A DNA stretch of 64,000 nucleotides from assembly GCA_039818205.1 (NCBI GenBank), contig JBCBUK010000012.1, forward strand, positions 1 to 64,000, written 5' to 3'. The translations under genes were made by a program, and so were the position numbers. How positions within the stretch are numbered: position 1 is the first letter of the stretch; every line of letters starts with the position of its first letter. Source of the DNA: Verrucomicrobiota bacterium (GTDB lineage: Bacteria > Verrucomicrobiota > Verrucomicrobiia > Opitutales > Cerasicoccaceae). This document shows, in pieces, positions 7,062 through 17,308 of the stretch. The notes below the pieces were generated by a model that did not search any database, was not told where the DNA came from, and worked only from the letters and a program-made list of their open reading frames with translations.

Positions 7062-10043
7062 ATGATCAGAATACCCCAGATACTTTTCCTAAGCATTTGC
7101 TTAGCATTGGCCGCCCATTCAATTCGATCCCAAGCAGCATCCACACCCGCGGCCCTGGAGGAAGGGATCTTCCTCCCAGACAAGATTTCGGGCCCTTCCG
7201 CAGAATACTACACCCCCTATTCCGGGAATATGGCGGCGTATCTTTCCCATCCATCAACGGATGCGTTAGTCTACACGAAGATTTCTGGCCCCAACTGGCT
7301 GAAGATTCACTCCGATGGAATCCTCGCGGGTGCGCCGACGGAGGATGACGCCGGAACCAACAGCTTCCTGGTCCGTGTTCAGAATCAAAATGGTGACTTT
7401 GACGAGATGACATTCGAACTCTCGGTGATTGAACCAGAGCTAACGTTGATCGACATCCTTGCCGATGATTTTTCCAACGGCTCTGCGGCGCTTGGCAACC
7501 TCAACCAATGGAGCGATCTTTCCGGTCCCGAAGACAAAGAATACAACTTAAATAACTCGTCGCAATTGATCTTACACGACCGGATCTCAGACGAAAAAGG
7601 CAATGGCCCTCACGACGGCTTCTTTGACACATTACAAGGCTCGTTACCCAACCCCATCGATCTCACGCAGGAAGGGAGTTGGCTGGAGCTCAGCATGGAG
7701 TTCGATGTGTTCTCGGGAAATTATTTTGGTTCCACGATTGCCGACGTAACCGACGGGCTACGCATTTCGCTGGTGGATTCCAATAAGCCCACAGACTCGG
7801 GATGGGGCTTCTTTGTCGGAACCGGTAGTCAATCCATCCACTCGTACCGCGAGATGAGGGGGCTGGTCTCTTCTCAAGCAAAGATTGGCGATGCGCTCAC
7901 CAACGTGAATATTTCCGAGAATGCTCCGCTAAAACGGTTGAAGATTCGCCTTACCCGAGTCGCAAACGGAATCGAGCTGAGCGGTCACCTCGACGAACAC
8001 TCGCTAGCAACCGTTCTAAGCGACAACAATGCGCTTCTCGAGAACCGCATCAACACCCTGGCGATATCCGTCGCGAAATACGACCACGGCGTCCGCGTTG
8101 ACAACGTCGAGGTTCGAGCGTTTAGCCAAAACCGAAACACCTCCGATCTATGGAAGCAGTATGTTGCCGCGAAGGTGGACGAAACCGAGAACACGCTCCC
8201 TAATTTCTCCTATGCAGGCTATCGACACGGAGCCGAACCGCCCCCAACAGTTGCCTGGCCGGTGTATGACGTAACAGCCTATGGTGCGGTTGCCAACGAT
8301 GGACTATCAGACAAAAAAGCGATTCGCAATGCGATCGCCCAGGCAGAGGCAAATGGATCAGGTATCATCTTCTTTCCGCCAGGCCGATTCGATATCAATT
8401 CACCCGGCGAATCAACCCCTTGGGTGAATGATCCGATCATAATCGAGGGTAGTCACATCGTCTTTCGTGGCAGCGGAAGCGGCGAAGGTGGTACCGGGCT
8501 ATTCGCCGAACGCCACATGAACCTTAGTGATGAGAACAAGCTTTGGTCTGCGCCGCGGATAATTCAGTTCAAAGGCTTTGGCGATCGACCAGGGGTTCAA
8601 ACGGCAGTGGTCGGCAATTCCGAAAGAGAGACTTATTCGGTAACGGTCGCGAATGCTAATAGTTTCGAAGCGAACGATTGGATCATTCTTCAGCGCCAAG
8701 ATGCATCCAGCGATGCCGTGGCCGAGGCAGTGGCTCCTTACACCGTCGATCCATCCTGGACCAAACTCATAAACGAGGGCGTCCGAGTCGCGGAGATCCA
8801 TCAAATTGCAACGATAGATGGCAACATCATCACCTTCGTCGAGCCGATTCATTCCGACATTTCGGCATCGGGAAACTGGTCCGTTATCCTGTTTGATCCA
8901 TTGGTAGAGGTCGGCGTCGAGGACATTGCGTTTGTTGGCAATTGGCTCGACACCTTCATCCATCATGATGCTTCGGATCGCGATTCAAGCGGTCGCATCA
9001 TTTCGGATGATAGTGCGTGGAGCGCGCTTTCTTTCTCAAACTGCGTCAATGGCTGGATTCGACGTTGCCGCTTCAAAGATTGGTGCGCCTGTGTCAGCTT
9101 TGGATGGTGTGCAAACATGACCGCCATCGACTTAACGATTGAAGGGAACAAGGGGCACAATGCACTTACGTTTGCGAACAGCACCCATTGCTTGGCAGCA
9201 ATGGTAAAGGACTACGCCAACCATCACCACTCAAGCGGCGTCGCAAACCTCTCAAACGCTTGCGTCTTCTGGCGTTCGGAATACAGTCCGCATTCGTGCT
9301 TTGAATCCCACGCATCGCAGCCAAGGAATACGCTTTTCGATCAGGTATCCGGAGGCCTTATCTACGGCAGGTCAGGCGGCGCTCGCGACAACAAACCCAA
9401 TCACATGGAAAACATGATACTGTGGAACTTCAGCAACACCGGAGATGGAGAAGGCGATCCATTCCAGTTTTTTCGGACGAACGGACTACAGTTTATTAGG
9501 CCCTATGTTATCGGACATCATGGCCATCCGCAGGCCTTCCAAACCAGCATGCTCGCAGGCCTTGAATCAAATGGTGCACCTGTTTATCCAGAGTCTCTTT
9601 ACAATGCGCAATTGAAGGTTCGTACTGGGATCTCCTATCCCTACGTAATCTTTCGGGAATGGGCGACCGGACACGAACTAGATGCACCGCAGAGCGAGCT
9701 TCAACGCGACCCAGACTACGATGGCCGCGTAAACCTAGTCGAGTATGCGACCGGCGGAGACCCCACCAAGGGGTCTATTGCTGATACCACCCTAACCTAT
9801 TCCATCAGCGATCAAAACGAAGGCACAATCGTCAGCTTCACCTATCAACGGCTACGCGATGCGGAGCAACGCGGATTAAACTACTCCATCGAGTATTCTG
9901 ATTCGCTTGAATCCGCAAGCTGGACCTCTGCGTTGGTTCAAGAGGTCGATGTTGTCCCAGTCGACGATTCCTATGAGTATGTCGAATGTCAGCTCCCTGC
10001 ATCTTCTCGAGTCTTCGTTCGACTAAGAATCGAACTAGAGTAA
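7062..10043 (+). CDS. Secreted multidomain protein: Ig-like domain + beta-helix (Pectate_lyase_3/DUF4955-like) + C-terminal extra domain
   Basis: Signal peptide; KISGPNWL..G.L.G.P Ig motif; LPNFSYAGY, YDVTAYGAVANDGLSD, IIFFPPGRF, FESHASQPRNTLFD; start set at ATG 7062. Confidence 0.75.
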   Translation: MIRIPQILFLSICLALAAHSIRSQAASTPAALEEGIFLPDKISGPSAEYYTPYSGNMAAYLSHPSTDALVYTKISGPNWLKIHSDGILAGAPTEDDAGTNSFLVRVQNQNGDFDEMTFELSVIEPELTLIDILADDFSNGSAALGNLNQWSDLSGPEDKEYNLNNSSQLILHDRISDEKGNGPHDGFFDTLQGSLPNPIDLTQEGSWLELSMEFDVFSGNYFGSTIADVTDGLRISLVDSNKPTDSGWGFFVGTGSQSIHSYREMRGLVSSQAKIGDALTNVNISENAPLKRLKIRLTRVANGIELSGHLDEHSLATVLSDNNALLENRINTLAISVAKYDHGVRVDNVEVRAFSQNRNTSDLWKQYVAAKVDETENTLPNFSYAGYRHGAEPPPTVAWPVYDVTAYGAVANDGLSDKKAIRNAIAQAEANGSGIIFFPPGRFDINSPGESTPWVNDPIIIEGSHIVFRGSGSGEGGTGLFAERHMNLSDENKLWSAPRIIQFKGFGDRPGVQTAVVGNSERETYSVTVANANSFEANDWIILQRQDASSDAVAEAVAPYTVDPSWTKLINEGVRVAEIHQIATIDGNIITFVEPIHSDISASGNWSVILFDPLVEVGVEDIAFVGNWLDTFIHHDASDRDSSGRIISDDSAWSALSFSNCVNGWIRRCRFKDWCACVSFGWCANMTAIDLTIEGNKGHNALTFANSTHCLAAMVKDYANHHHSSGVANLSNACVFWRSEYSPHSCFESHASQPRNTLFDQVSGGLIYGRSGGARDNKPNHMENMILWNFSNTGDGEGDPFQFFRTNGLQFIRPYVIGHHGHPQAFQTSMLAGLESNGAPVYPESLYNAQLKVRTGISYPYVIFREWATGHELDAPQSELQRDPDYDGRVNLVEYATGGDPTKGSIADTTLTYSISDQNEGTIVSFTYQRLRDAEQRGLNYSIEYSDSLESASWTSALVQEVDVVPVDDSYEYVECQLPASSRVFVRLRIELE

Positions 10044-10156
10044 AAGCGCAACGCTATCTCCCAGCAATAGATGCTGGACAGATTTCCAAGAAGGAAGCGC
10101 TCAGCAGAGGCAGTGAACGCTTTCTTTTAAATCGTTAGCTGGCCAGAAACGACCTT

Positions 10157-10957
10157 TTATCCCGGAAGAACGTTTAAAACATTTTCCCATTCGAGTACCT
10201 TGGCGAGATCAACTGGCTTCTGCCCGTTTAGGTTTTCAAGGTTGGGGTCAGCGCCAGCCGCAATCAAAATCTCAACCACAAGTGCGTTGCCGGCTAATGC
10301 ATCAGAATGGAGCATGGAATTACCACGCTCATCGCGAAACACTAAGAACTCGTCAGACTTCGCCAGCTGCTCCTTGAGCGACTCCACCATGTTTACACAC
10401 ATTGGATGTTCTCGGCTCATCAACTCCTCCTCGGTTGGCTCCGTTTCCTTCCTAAACATCGAAAACATCTTCTTCTTGATTGGACTTCGCGCCACCACCT
10501 CGATAACAGCTGGATCACCAAAATCAAACCCCCATGCATTATCATGAGCTTGGCAATCAGATTTCGACATTCGGCTTCGCATCAAATTTACCGTGTAGGC
10601 GCCATAGACTCGTCCTCGGATCGCATACATCCAATCGCTGATTTCGCCGAGTTTAAACGAGACTGAATCACCAGCCGATAAACGACTTACCCAATTGGGG
10701 TCATTCATCAACGTTCCCGATAGAGTGAAGCCATCAAACGAAAGATCATTTACCCACATATGCTCGTAGCTCGGTTCTTCATCGGGATCAGTTTCGAAGG
10801 CAACCTTTGTGGCATTTAAGTCTAGGGCCGGAATGATTCGTCGATTCTCCCAAGAAAGTTCTCTCCAGTAATACTTAAACGTATTTTGCGCGGCGAGCGA
10901 GGCCTGGAACATCTCGGAATCATCGTCACCAGAAAATAGGATATTGGTTTCAGCCAT
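10157..10957 (-). CDS. DUF2314 (YegJ-like) protein with C-terminal ankyrin repeat
   Basis: EHMWVND, GTLMNDP, ISDWMY, GAYTVN; LHSDALAGN...GADPNLEN..GQKP; likely start ATG 10957. Confidence 0.75.
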   Translation of the reverse strand: MAETNILFSGDDDSEMFQASLAAQNTFKYYWRELSWENRRIIPALDLNATKVAFETDPDEEPSYEHMWVNDLSFDGFTLSGTLMNDPNWVSRLSAGDSVSFKLGEISDWMYAIRGRVYGAYTVNLMRSRMSKSDCQAHDNAWGFDFGDPAVIEVVARSPIKKKMFSMFRKETEPTEEELMSREHPMCVNMVESLKEQLAKSDEFLVFRDERGNSMLHSDALAGNALVVEILIAAGADPNLENLNGQKPVDLAKVLEWENVLNVLPG

Positions 10958-11097
10958 GGATCGGGCAATGAGCGGATTGGAAGCGCGGTCATCGTCGCGA
11001 TAACCAAGTGTGATCACAACCTAGCGTGACAGTATAACCCGATCAACCCCGGAATAGTTACAATCTAGTTTTATTGAGATTCTGCCGACAGAGCTTT

Positions 11098-11553
11098 CTA
11101 ATCATGGTCATGTCCACCGTAGATCCACAACGGCTGGCAGCTACCAGCAATTTCGAATCCACACTTCTCATAAAACCCAATCGCCCGAGAATCAGCCACT
11201 ACCTGCTGTTGATGAAATCCCGCATAATGCTCGGTCATCCGTCGCATGATCTGCCGGCCAACTCCAAGTCTTTGGTAGTCTGGATGGACACACAGGTGAG
11301 GATAGTAAACAACCAACGCACCATCGGAAATCGCACTTCCGATACCAACCAGCCGATCCCCGTGCCAAGCACTGATCACGCGATGAGAGCCCCGCAGGCC
11401 AGCCATCAGTTGCTCTGGTTTTTCCGCTGAGGACCAACCCAATGCTTGGTAAAGAGCAACCACCTGTTCTTCTGGGAGCTCCTTGTCTTCGCGATACTTG
11501 ATGCCTTCCGATGTCACGGAATCTATTGAATTGCTGGGGTTGTTTGCCATCAC
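11098..11553 (-). CDS. GNAT family N-acetyltransferase
   Basis: VHPDYQRLGVGR motif A, FYEKCGF. Confidence 0.9.
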   Translation of the reverse strand: MMANNPSNSIDSVTSEGIKYREDKELPEEQVVALYQALGWSSAEKPEQLMAGLRGSHRVISAWHGDRLVGIGSAISDGALVVYYPHLCVHPDYQRLGVGRQIMRRMTEHYAGFHQQQVVADSRAIGFYEKCGFEIAGSCQPLWIYGGHDHD

Positions 11554-11748
11554 CGTAAATTCAGTTCCAAATTGATCGAATCATGAAAAAATGCTGATCC
11601 CTCGTTCCCAGGGTTCGATCACCCAATACATGACACCGAAAAACACGACCACTAACTTGCTCGCACTCGAAGAAAATTAGGTCTACCGTTAACCGACTCA
11701 TGTTATTCGCTCGCCTGTTGATTGACCCAACAAACGATTCCATCTGAC

Positions 11749-12621
11749 ATGGCCGACAATACCTTCCTCAGAATTTTTAGATTCGGGGCCGCCTTATCTG
11801 GCTCAATCCTATTGGCTGGCTGCGCCTCTCACGAAAGCGGCGAACAAGCACGGACGGAATCATTTCAACCCTTTGAAGGAATCAAAGTCGGATCCGATTC
11901 GATTCGCAGTTACACGATCGACCGAACAGCGATATTAATTGCAGGAATCGAACAGGCAACAATCTCGCCCAGCACTGGAGAAAACACTAGCAAGGTATCC
12001 TATGATGGCAAACCCAGCGGATTCGGCTCCGCAGTTGCGATTGACCCACGCGGCTACTTTCTAACTGCGGCCCATTGCATCGACGGTCCACACGTTACAC
12101 TATTGATGATGCGAGACAACGGCCTTGAGAGCTTCAGCGCCAGGGTAGTCTATTTGGGAGATCCAGATTCGGAGGTCGCAGACATCGCGATTCTGCATAT
12201 TCAGCAAGGGCTCAATGACGCGTTCACCTGGAGCGCGTCCGCCCAGCTAAATGAGCCGGTTATTAGTGCCGGCTCGTGGGATCGCTCCTCAAGCAACACC
12301 GACCAAGAATCATCGGTCCGTATTCGAATGAGCTTAATTGGCGGTCACATTGTCGATCTGGGCGATTACTCTGAAGGCGGCATCAACTACCGAAAAATCG
12401 AACACGAGTCCCCAATTATCATGGGATACAGCGGCGGGCCGCTAATCAACACGGGCGGCGAACTGCTGGGTATCAACTTGGCGGGAACCGATTTCTTTAT
12501 CGATCCATTCAATCTGGTGCCAGAAATCGCCGAGGCCAGCCGCCCAGACCTTGACTGGCTAACCCAAACGATTGACCAGGACTACCGGCAACTGAGCAAT
12601 GAACAAGCTTTGAACCGTTGA
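11749..12621 (+). CDS. Trypsin-like serine protease lipoprotein
   Basis: Lipobox LLAGC; LTAAHC, DIAIL, GYSGGPL catalytic triad. Confidence 0.85.
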   Translation: MADNTFLRIFRFGAALSGSILLAGCASHESGEQARTESFQPFEGIKVGSDSIRSYTIDRTAILIAGIEQATISPSTGENTSKVSYDGKPSGFGSAVAIDPRGYFLTAAHCIDGPHVTLLMMRDNGLESFSARVVYLGDPDSEVADIAILHIQQGLNDAFTWSASAQLNEPVISAGSWDRSSSNTDQESSVRIRMSLIGGHIVDLGDYSEGGINYRKIEHESPIIMGYSGGPLINTGGELLGINLAGTDFFIDPFNLVPEIAEASRPDLDWLTQTIDQDYRQLSNEQALNR

Positions 12622-12690
12622 GTTTAGAGAATCACGTCCGGTTTCAAACAGTTCAATCTATTCGTGTTGATAGAGAGCGAAAGGAACTGC

Positions 12691-13347
12691 TTAGACCTTC
12701 CCCGAACCCTTCGTGGCTTTGAATTTCCGAAGCACGACAAGACCAGCAAGCACAAGGACGCCAAAAATCGTGATCCAGGTGGCTGGCTCAGGAATGCTAC
12801 TGATCGTGATGGGAGTACCGGCCACACTCTGGAAGCGCCAAGCAGTAATTGCTCCTGGTCCGCTACCATCAGTAAAAATCACTTGGAAAAAGCCATAGGT
12901 TGGCGTTCCGCTGCTGGCGGGATCATATGCGAATCCCAAGTAGCCAAACGAGTTGGGCTTAAACTGATCGGGCCCGGTGCCAACGTGTGCGAAGGGGTCG
13001 CCAACCGGACCGCCAGAAACTGACAAGGCGGCATCAAAGGTGCTCGCTACACTGACTGTCGCCCCCGCACCCAGTTCGGCGGCTGGGCCACCGATTCCGG
13101 TACGAACAAGCTCCATTGAGGCACCGTCTACAATTCCAAGCCCACCGAAGAAGAAATTCAAATCGAAAGACGGCGGCGTTGAATTGGACACGTTTACCGT
13201 GCTTAGATCCCCTGCGAAATCGAGGAAAACACCATCGAAATCCGCCGGGATCGCAATCGGTGAGCTCGGTTTTATGGTCACTAAAGCAGCTCCGAGATTC
13301 CCGGAAATGGCAGTGAAGAGCAAAAGTGTAGATAGGTAGCGTTTCAT
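12691..13347 (-). CDS. PEP-CTERM sorting domain protein
   Basis: Signal peptide; C-terminal IPEPATW + TM helix + basic RKFK. Confidence 0.85.
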   Translation of the reverse strand: MKRYLSTLLLFTAISGNLGAALVTIKPSSPIAIPADFDGVFLDFAGDLSTVNVSNSTPPSFDLNFFFGGLGIVDGASMELVRTGIGGPAAELGAGATVSVASTFDAALSVSGGPVGDPFAHVGTGPDQFKPNSFGYLGFAYDPASSGTPTYGFFQVIFTDGSGPGAITAWRFQSVAGTPITISSIPEPATWITIFGVLVLAGLVVLRKFKATKGSGKV

Positions 13348-13375
13348 TTAAAATGAGTTTCGAAATTCAGCGGAA

Positions 13376-16300
13376 TTAGTTGAACACGACATTCAACCGG
13401 AAGAAGCGGGCTTTACCTCCCAAGATGAAGAATGGGCGAGGGACTTCCACGATCTCGTAGGTACCTCCGTCATCCGAAACGACGGTCGGCGTATCGCTAC
13501 TGGCAACCCAGGTAATCATATCCGCGCTAAACTCAACCGTGTAGCTGAGACCCGCTGCTGAGAAATTCTTGAGCCGGACAAACTGCCCGCTAAAGCTGAA
13601 CGGACTAGTAATCAGAGTGGTGGTCGGCAATCCTGGGGTAAAGTTCGCGATATCGACAACAATCAACTCGCTTGCTCCGGCAACGTTTGGATCGAGATTG
13701 AACGCAAACTTTAGAAGGTTTGCAATTCCATCGCCCGAGGCAGAATCCCCAGGCGCAGCGTTGGTGCCAATCACGAGGCCGTTGGCAGTAACCCACTGCA
13801 AGTACGCACGAGACATGTTCTGCCACTGAAGAAATGGATAAGCAAGCCCATCATCAATTGTCCAAACCGCCGTAAAATCCCAACCTGCAGCGAGGAAGGT
13901 CGCCTCCAACTGCATATCTGCTGTCCCCAAACCAATTGTCCCCAATACCGCTTGATCGGTCGCCTGACCACTCACGGTGGTATCCCAGAAGCTATCCGTG
14001 ACTCCAGTCAGCGGCTGAGAAATACGAGCAACAAAACCTGCCACGGTATTGGCATTGGTCGACGATACTACAGCAGTCGAATAGCAGCGAACAATTGCTC
14101 CATCACTGCGGAGTCGGCCACAGAAACCAGCAACGCGCTCGTTAACGTTGTCTGCAGAATCAATAACGGTTCCGCTGGAATAGCAGTCCTCGGCTTGACC
14201 GTCTTCGAGCTCAGCGATGAACCCGCCAATATACTGACCACCGACAACATCACAGCTTGAGGATGACTGGCGAATCAGACTGCCCTCGTCCAGGGAGCTA
14301 ATGAAACCGCCCGCTTCCCCAGAATCTTCAAGAGCGGTGACCGATCCAGAAGTTGAGCAGAACTCGATGAGCGATCCACCAAACACTTTTCCAGCCAGAC
14401 CACCCACATTATCAAAAGCCGTGATGCTCAAGTTCTCGAGCACTAGGTTGCGAATCGTGGCACCATCCAAACGGTTAAACAGCGTACCAGCATCGCTCAA
14501 ACCCGGTTGATTAACGGTCAGCCCATCAATCACGTAGTAGAACCCATCGTACTCGCCGTAGAAGATATCGATTGCTGGGAAGCCAGCGCCAGCATTGAGA
14601 GCGGCTGACGCCGAGGCATCAATGTCAGCAGTTTGCAAAAAGAACTGATCCCACAAAACGGAATTCTCACTAATCACCAAAAGGTCATCAAGTGAATCGA
14701 CTTCAAATGGCGCAGCACTGGTTCCCTCGCCTCCCAATGGAAAAACCTGAATCGCATAGAGGACGGTATCCGATGTCGATCCATCGTCTGCAGTCACTTC
14801 AACCTCATAGATTCCATCGCCATCAGCATCGCCTGCGGGAGAAGCAACTGGCGGCGCGATGAAACTGAGTTCGCCCAAATTGGTATCGATGGTAAACAAC
14901 GCCTGATCGGCGCCACCGCCACCTGCAACCGCATAGGTAATATTCGCGGGAATTGGGCCAGTTGCCTCAATCGTGGCGACATCACTTTCGCCGTCCCCGG
15001 CAATGACAAAACTTGGTGTCAGCAAGCGAACGCTGCCATCCGGAAAGAAACGAATTCCATCGATCCAAGCGGTATCATCGTTATCGGTCTCGCGAAAATC
15101 TTTCACGTATACCCAGGTAATCTCATCACCTGCAGATACGGTCAAAGTCACCTTTTCCCAATCCTGGTCGCCAGATATTTCATCGCGCGGATCAATCTCA
15201 GCATTTACGAAGAGCTCGAGGAAATCAAAATCCTCCTCAGAGGATACCTTCCAGTAGAAGGTCAACGTGCCATTGCTCGGTGCAGTAACGCTGATCGTGG
15301 TGAACTCATTGTTATCAATGGCACCGGCCTGGAAGCTATAGTCTCCGCCGACCCTACGGGTCTGGTCATCAATAAGCGTCCAATCCGCAGCACCTCCAAG
15401 AGTAAACGGAAGCAAGGCAACATCCAATGGATCATCATTGGGCACCAAGGTAACCAAAAAAGTCTCGCTGATCGTATTGATGGTGTCGTCCGCGAAGATC
15501 TCAACCTCATAGACGTTGTCACCATTGAAATCACCTGCTGGCGAAAACGCTGGCCCAACGACGAAGCTCAAAGCACCACTACTCGGGTCGATACCAAATG
15601 CCGCCTGGTCCTGTCCCGAACCGCCCGCCAACGAATAGGTGATTACTCCATTACCGGTGGCGACAACCGTGTCGATTGCTGTCGTTCCCTCAAAGCCAAA
15701 CAAAGACGTCGAGGAATCAAATTCGAGCATAGGCGGGGTCAAGGTAATCCCATCGACCCAGCCAGTATCGTCATTGTGTGACTCAGCATTGTCCTTGAGA
15801 TAAACCCAAAAAATCTGGTCGCCAGCGGTAACCGGTATGGATACCTCAGCCCAGTCCTGAATGCCAGAGATCTCAAATCGTGGATCTCGCTCGGCGTTCA
15901 CGTAAACCTGAAGATAATCAAAATCCCTTTCGGAGGAAACTTTCCAGAAAAACGAAAGGTCACCGCTTAAAGGAACAGTCGTAGTGAGCACACTCGCTTG
16001 GTTATCGATAATGGCTCCACTTTGAAAGCTGTAGCTGCCACCTCCGGTTCGAGTAACATCGTCAACAACCATCCAGTCGGCATCGCCTTCAAAACTGAAA
16101 GGAAGCAGTGCGCTCTGAATCGGATCCCCCTCGGGAGTCAAAGTCACGGAAACCACCTGACTGATTGTTTCCGCATCGTCCATCGCGAACACTTCGACTT
16201 CGTAGACGTTGTCGCCGTTGTCGTCACCCGCTGGTGAAAAAGCTGGAGCAATGCTGAAGCTAAGAACACCCGAGTTCGTATCGATCCCGAAAAGCGATTG

Positions 16301-16921
16301 GTCGGCTCCCGTGCCCCCGGCCAACGAATAAGTCACCGTGCCATTGCCGTTGGCGGCAACCGTGCTAACTTCCGTCCCGCCTTCGAATCCAAAAACCGCG
16401 ACCGGAGAATCAAACTGTAGCGTAGGTGGTGCGAGGGAAATTCCGTCGACCCATCCCGTGTCGAGACCATTGGACTCAGATCCATCTTTCTCGTAAACCC
16501 AGAAAACTTCATCGCCCGGGTCCAGACGAATCGTTATGTCTGCCCAATCCTGTTCGCCGGATATCTCAAAGCGTGGGCTAAGCTCAAAATTCACAAAGAC
16601 TTGCAGAAAATCGAAGGCCTCTTCCGAGGAAACCTTCCAGAAAAACGATAGATCACCTCCAGCTGGGAATTCCAAGCTCATGATCGACACATCGTCGTTG
16701 CCGATATCACCGCTCTGAAAACTGTAAACGCCTCCCGAGGAGCGGCTTGTATCCGAAACAACATCCCAAAGAGCATCGCCCACGGTGTCCGGAGCACCAA
16801 GCGCCGTCTCAACCGGGTCGCCGTCTGCCGCATCGCCCGGAATCGTGATTGGAACCGCATTCAATGGGATTGCGGCTAACCCCAACAGGGCAGCAATAAA
16901 CAAACGTATCGGCGAGCGCAT
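13376..16921 (-). CDS. Large acidic secreted protein: 3x (beta-sandwich + cadherin-like) modules, GLUG-like region, C-terminal extra domain
   Basis: Signal peptide; triple repeats FFWKVSSE.DFD...DTGWVDGI and GD.NGDNVYEVE; NVGGLAG/YIGGFIA GLUG-like motifs. Confidence 0.8.
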   Translation of the reverse strand: MRSPIRLFIAALLGLAAIPLNAVPITIPGDAADGDPVETALGAPDTVGDALWDVVSDTSRSSGGVYSFQSGDIGNDDVSIMSLEFPAGGDLSFFWKVSSEEAFDFLQVFVNFELSPRFEISGEQDWADITIRLDPGDEVFWVYEKDGSESNGLDTGWVDGISLAPPTLQFDSPVAVFGFEGGTEVSTVAANGNGTVTYSLAGGTGADQSLFGIDTNSGVLSFSIAPAFSPAGDDNGDNVYEVEVFAMDDAETISQVVSVTLTPEGDPIQSALLPFSFEGDADWMVVDDVTRTGGGSYSFQSGAIIDNQASVLTTTVPLSGDLSFFWKVSSERDFDYLQVYVNAERDPRFEISGIQDWAEVSIPVTAGDQIFWVYLKDNAESHNDDTGWVDGITLTPPMLEFDSSTSLFGFEGTTAIDTVVATGNGVITYSLAGGSGQDQAAFGIDPSSGALSFVVGPAFSPAGDFNGDNVYEVEIFADDTINTISETFLVTLVPNDDPLDVALLPFTLGGAADWTLIDDQTRRVGGDYSFQAGAIDNNEFTTISVTAPSNGTLTFYWKVSSEEDFDFLELFVNAEIDPRDEISGDQDWEKVTLTVSAGDEITWVYVKDFRETDNDDTAWIDGIRFFPDGSVRLLTPSFVIAGDGESDVATIEATGPIPANITYAVAGGGGADQALFTIDTNLGELSFIAPPVASPAGDADGDGIYEVEVTADDGSTSDTVLYAIQVFPLGGEGTSAAPFEVDSLDDLLVISENSVLWDQFFLQTADIDASASAALNAGAGFPAIDIFYGEYDGFYYVIDGLTVNQPGLSDAGTLFNRLDGATIRNLVLENLSITAFDNVGGLAGKVFGGSLIEFCSTSGSVTALEDSGEAGGFISSLDEGSLIRQSSSSCDVVGGQYIGGFIAELEDGQAEDCYSSGTVIDSADNVNERVAGFCGRLRSDGAIVRCYSTAVVSSTNANTVAGFVARISQPLTGVTDSFWDTTVSGQATDQAVLGTIGLGTADMQLEATFLAAGWDFTAVWTIDDGLAYPFLQWQNMSRAYLQWVTANGLVIGTNAAPGDSASGDGIANLLKFAFNLDPNVAGASELIVVDIANFTPGLPTTTLITSPFSFSGQFVRLKNFSAAGLSYTVEFSADMITWVASSDTPTVVSDDGGTYEIVEVPRPFFILGGKARFFRLNVVFN
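14740..16780 (-). repeat. Three tandem intragenic repeats of ~225 aa
   Basis: YSFQ(S/A)G, WKVSSE, EISG.QDW, DT(G/A)W(V/I)DGI and SPAGD each occur three times; boundaries approximate. Confidence 0.85.
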
Positions 16922-17308
16922 GGCATCGTGGAAGGTTATCTGGCAGTTCTGAAACATCACAAATTCTCGTTTAGTAATCTTTAGTTACAAACTAAGGAAG
17001 GGTGTTTGATAGGGCTTCTAAATATAAAAACAATCTAAAAATCGGGTTTTTCCTGATTGTCTCATTAAACTAAAGAACCTAGCCGCAGCTCAGCAATGAT
17101 TGAGCCAGATGGCTCTAAATGACAGTTTAGAAAAATGACAGAATTGTCATCTTTGGGCGGCCCTCACCTAGCGTTCTGACTAGCAGCAACTAGCAGAGGT
17201 GTGTCGTCGCAACTTACCGCATATCAATAGCCCAATCAGCGAAGTTTTCTCCAGCGAGCTAGTCATCACACTCGACCTCGCCCAATAGAGCCACTAAACC
17301 CTAATGAA

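Noticed and set aside
11611..11624. GGGTTCGATCACCC T-arm-like sequence
   Set aside because: No acceptor, D or anticodon arms could be built around it.
17117..17150. AAATGACAG repeat and ATGACA-N4-TGTCAT palindrome in an intergenic region
   Set aside because: Short, with no nearby regulator to assign it to.
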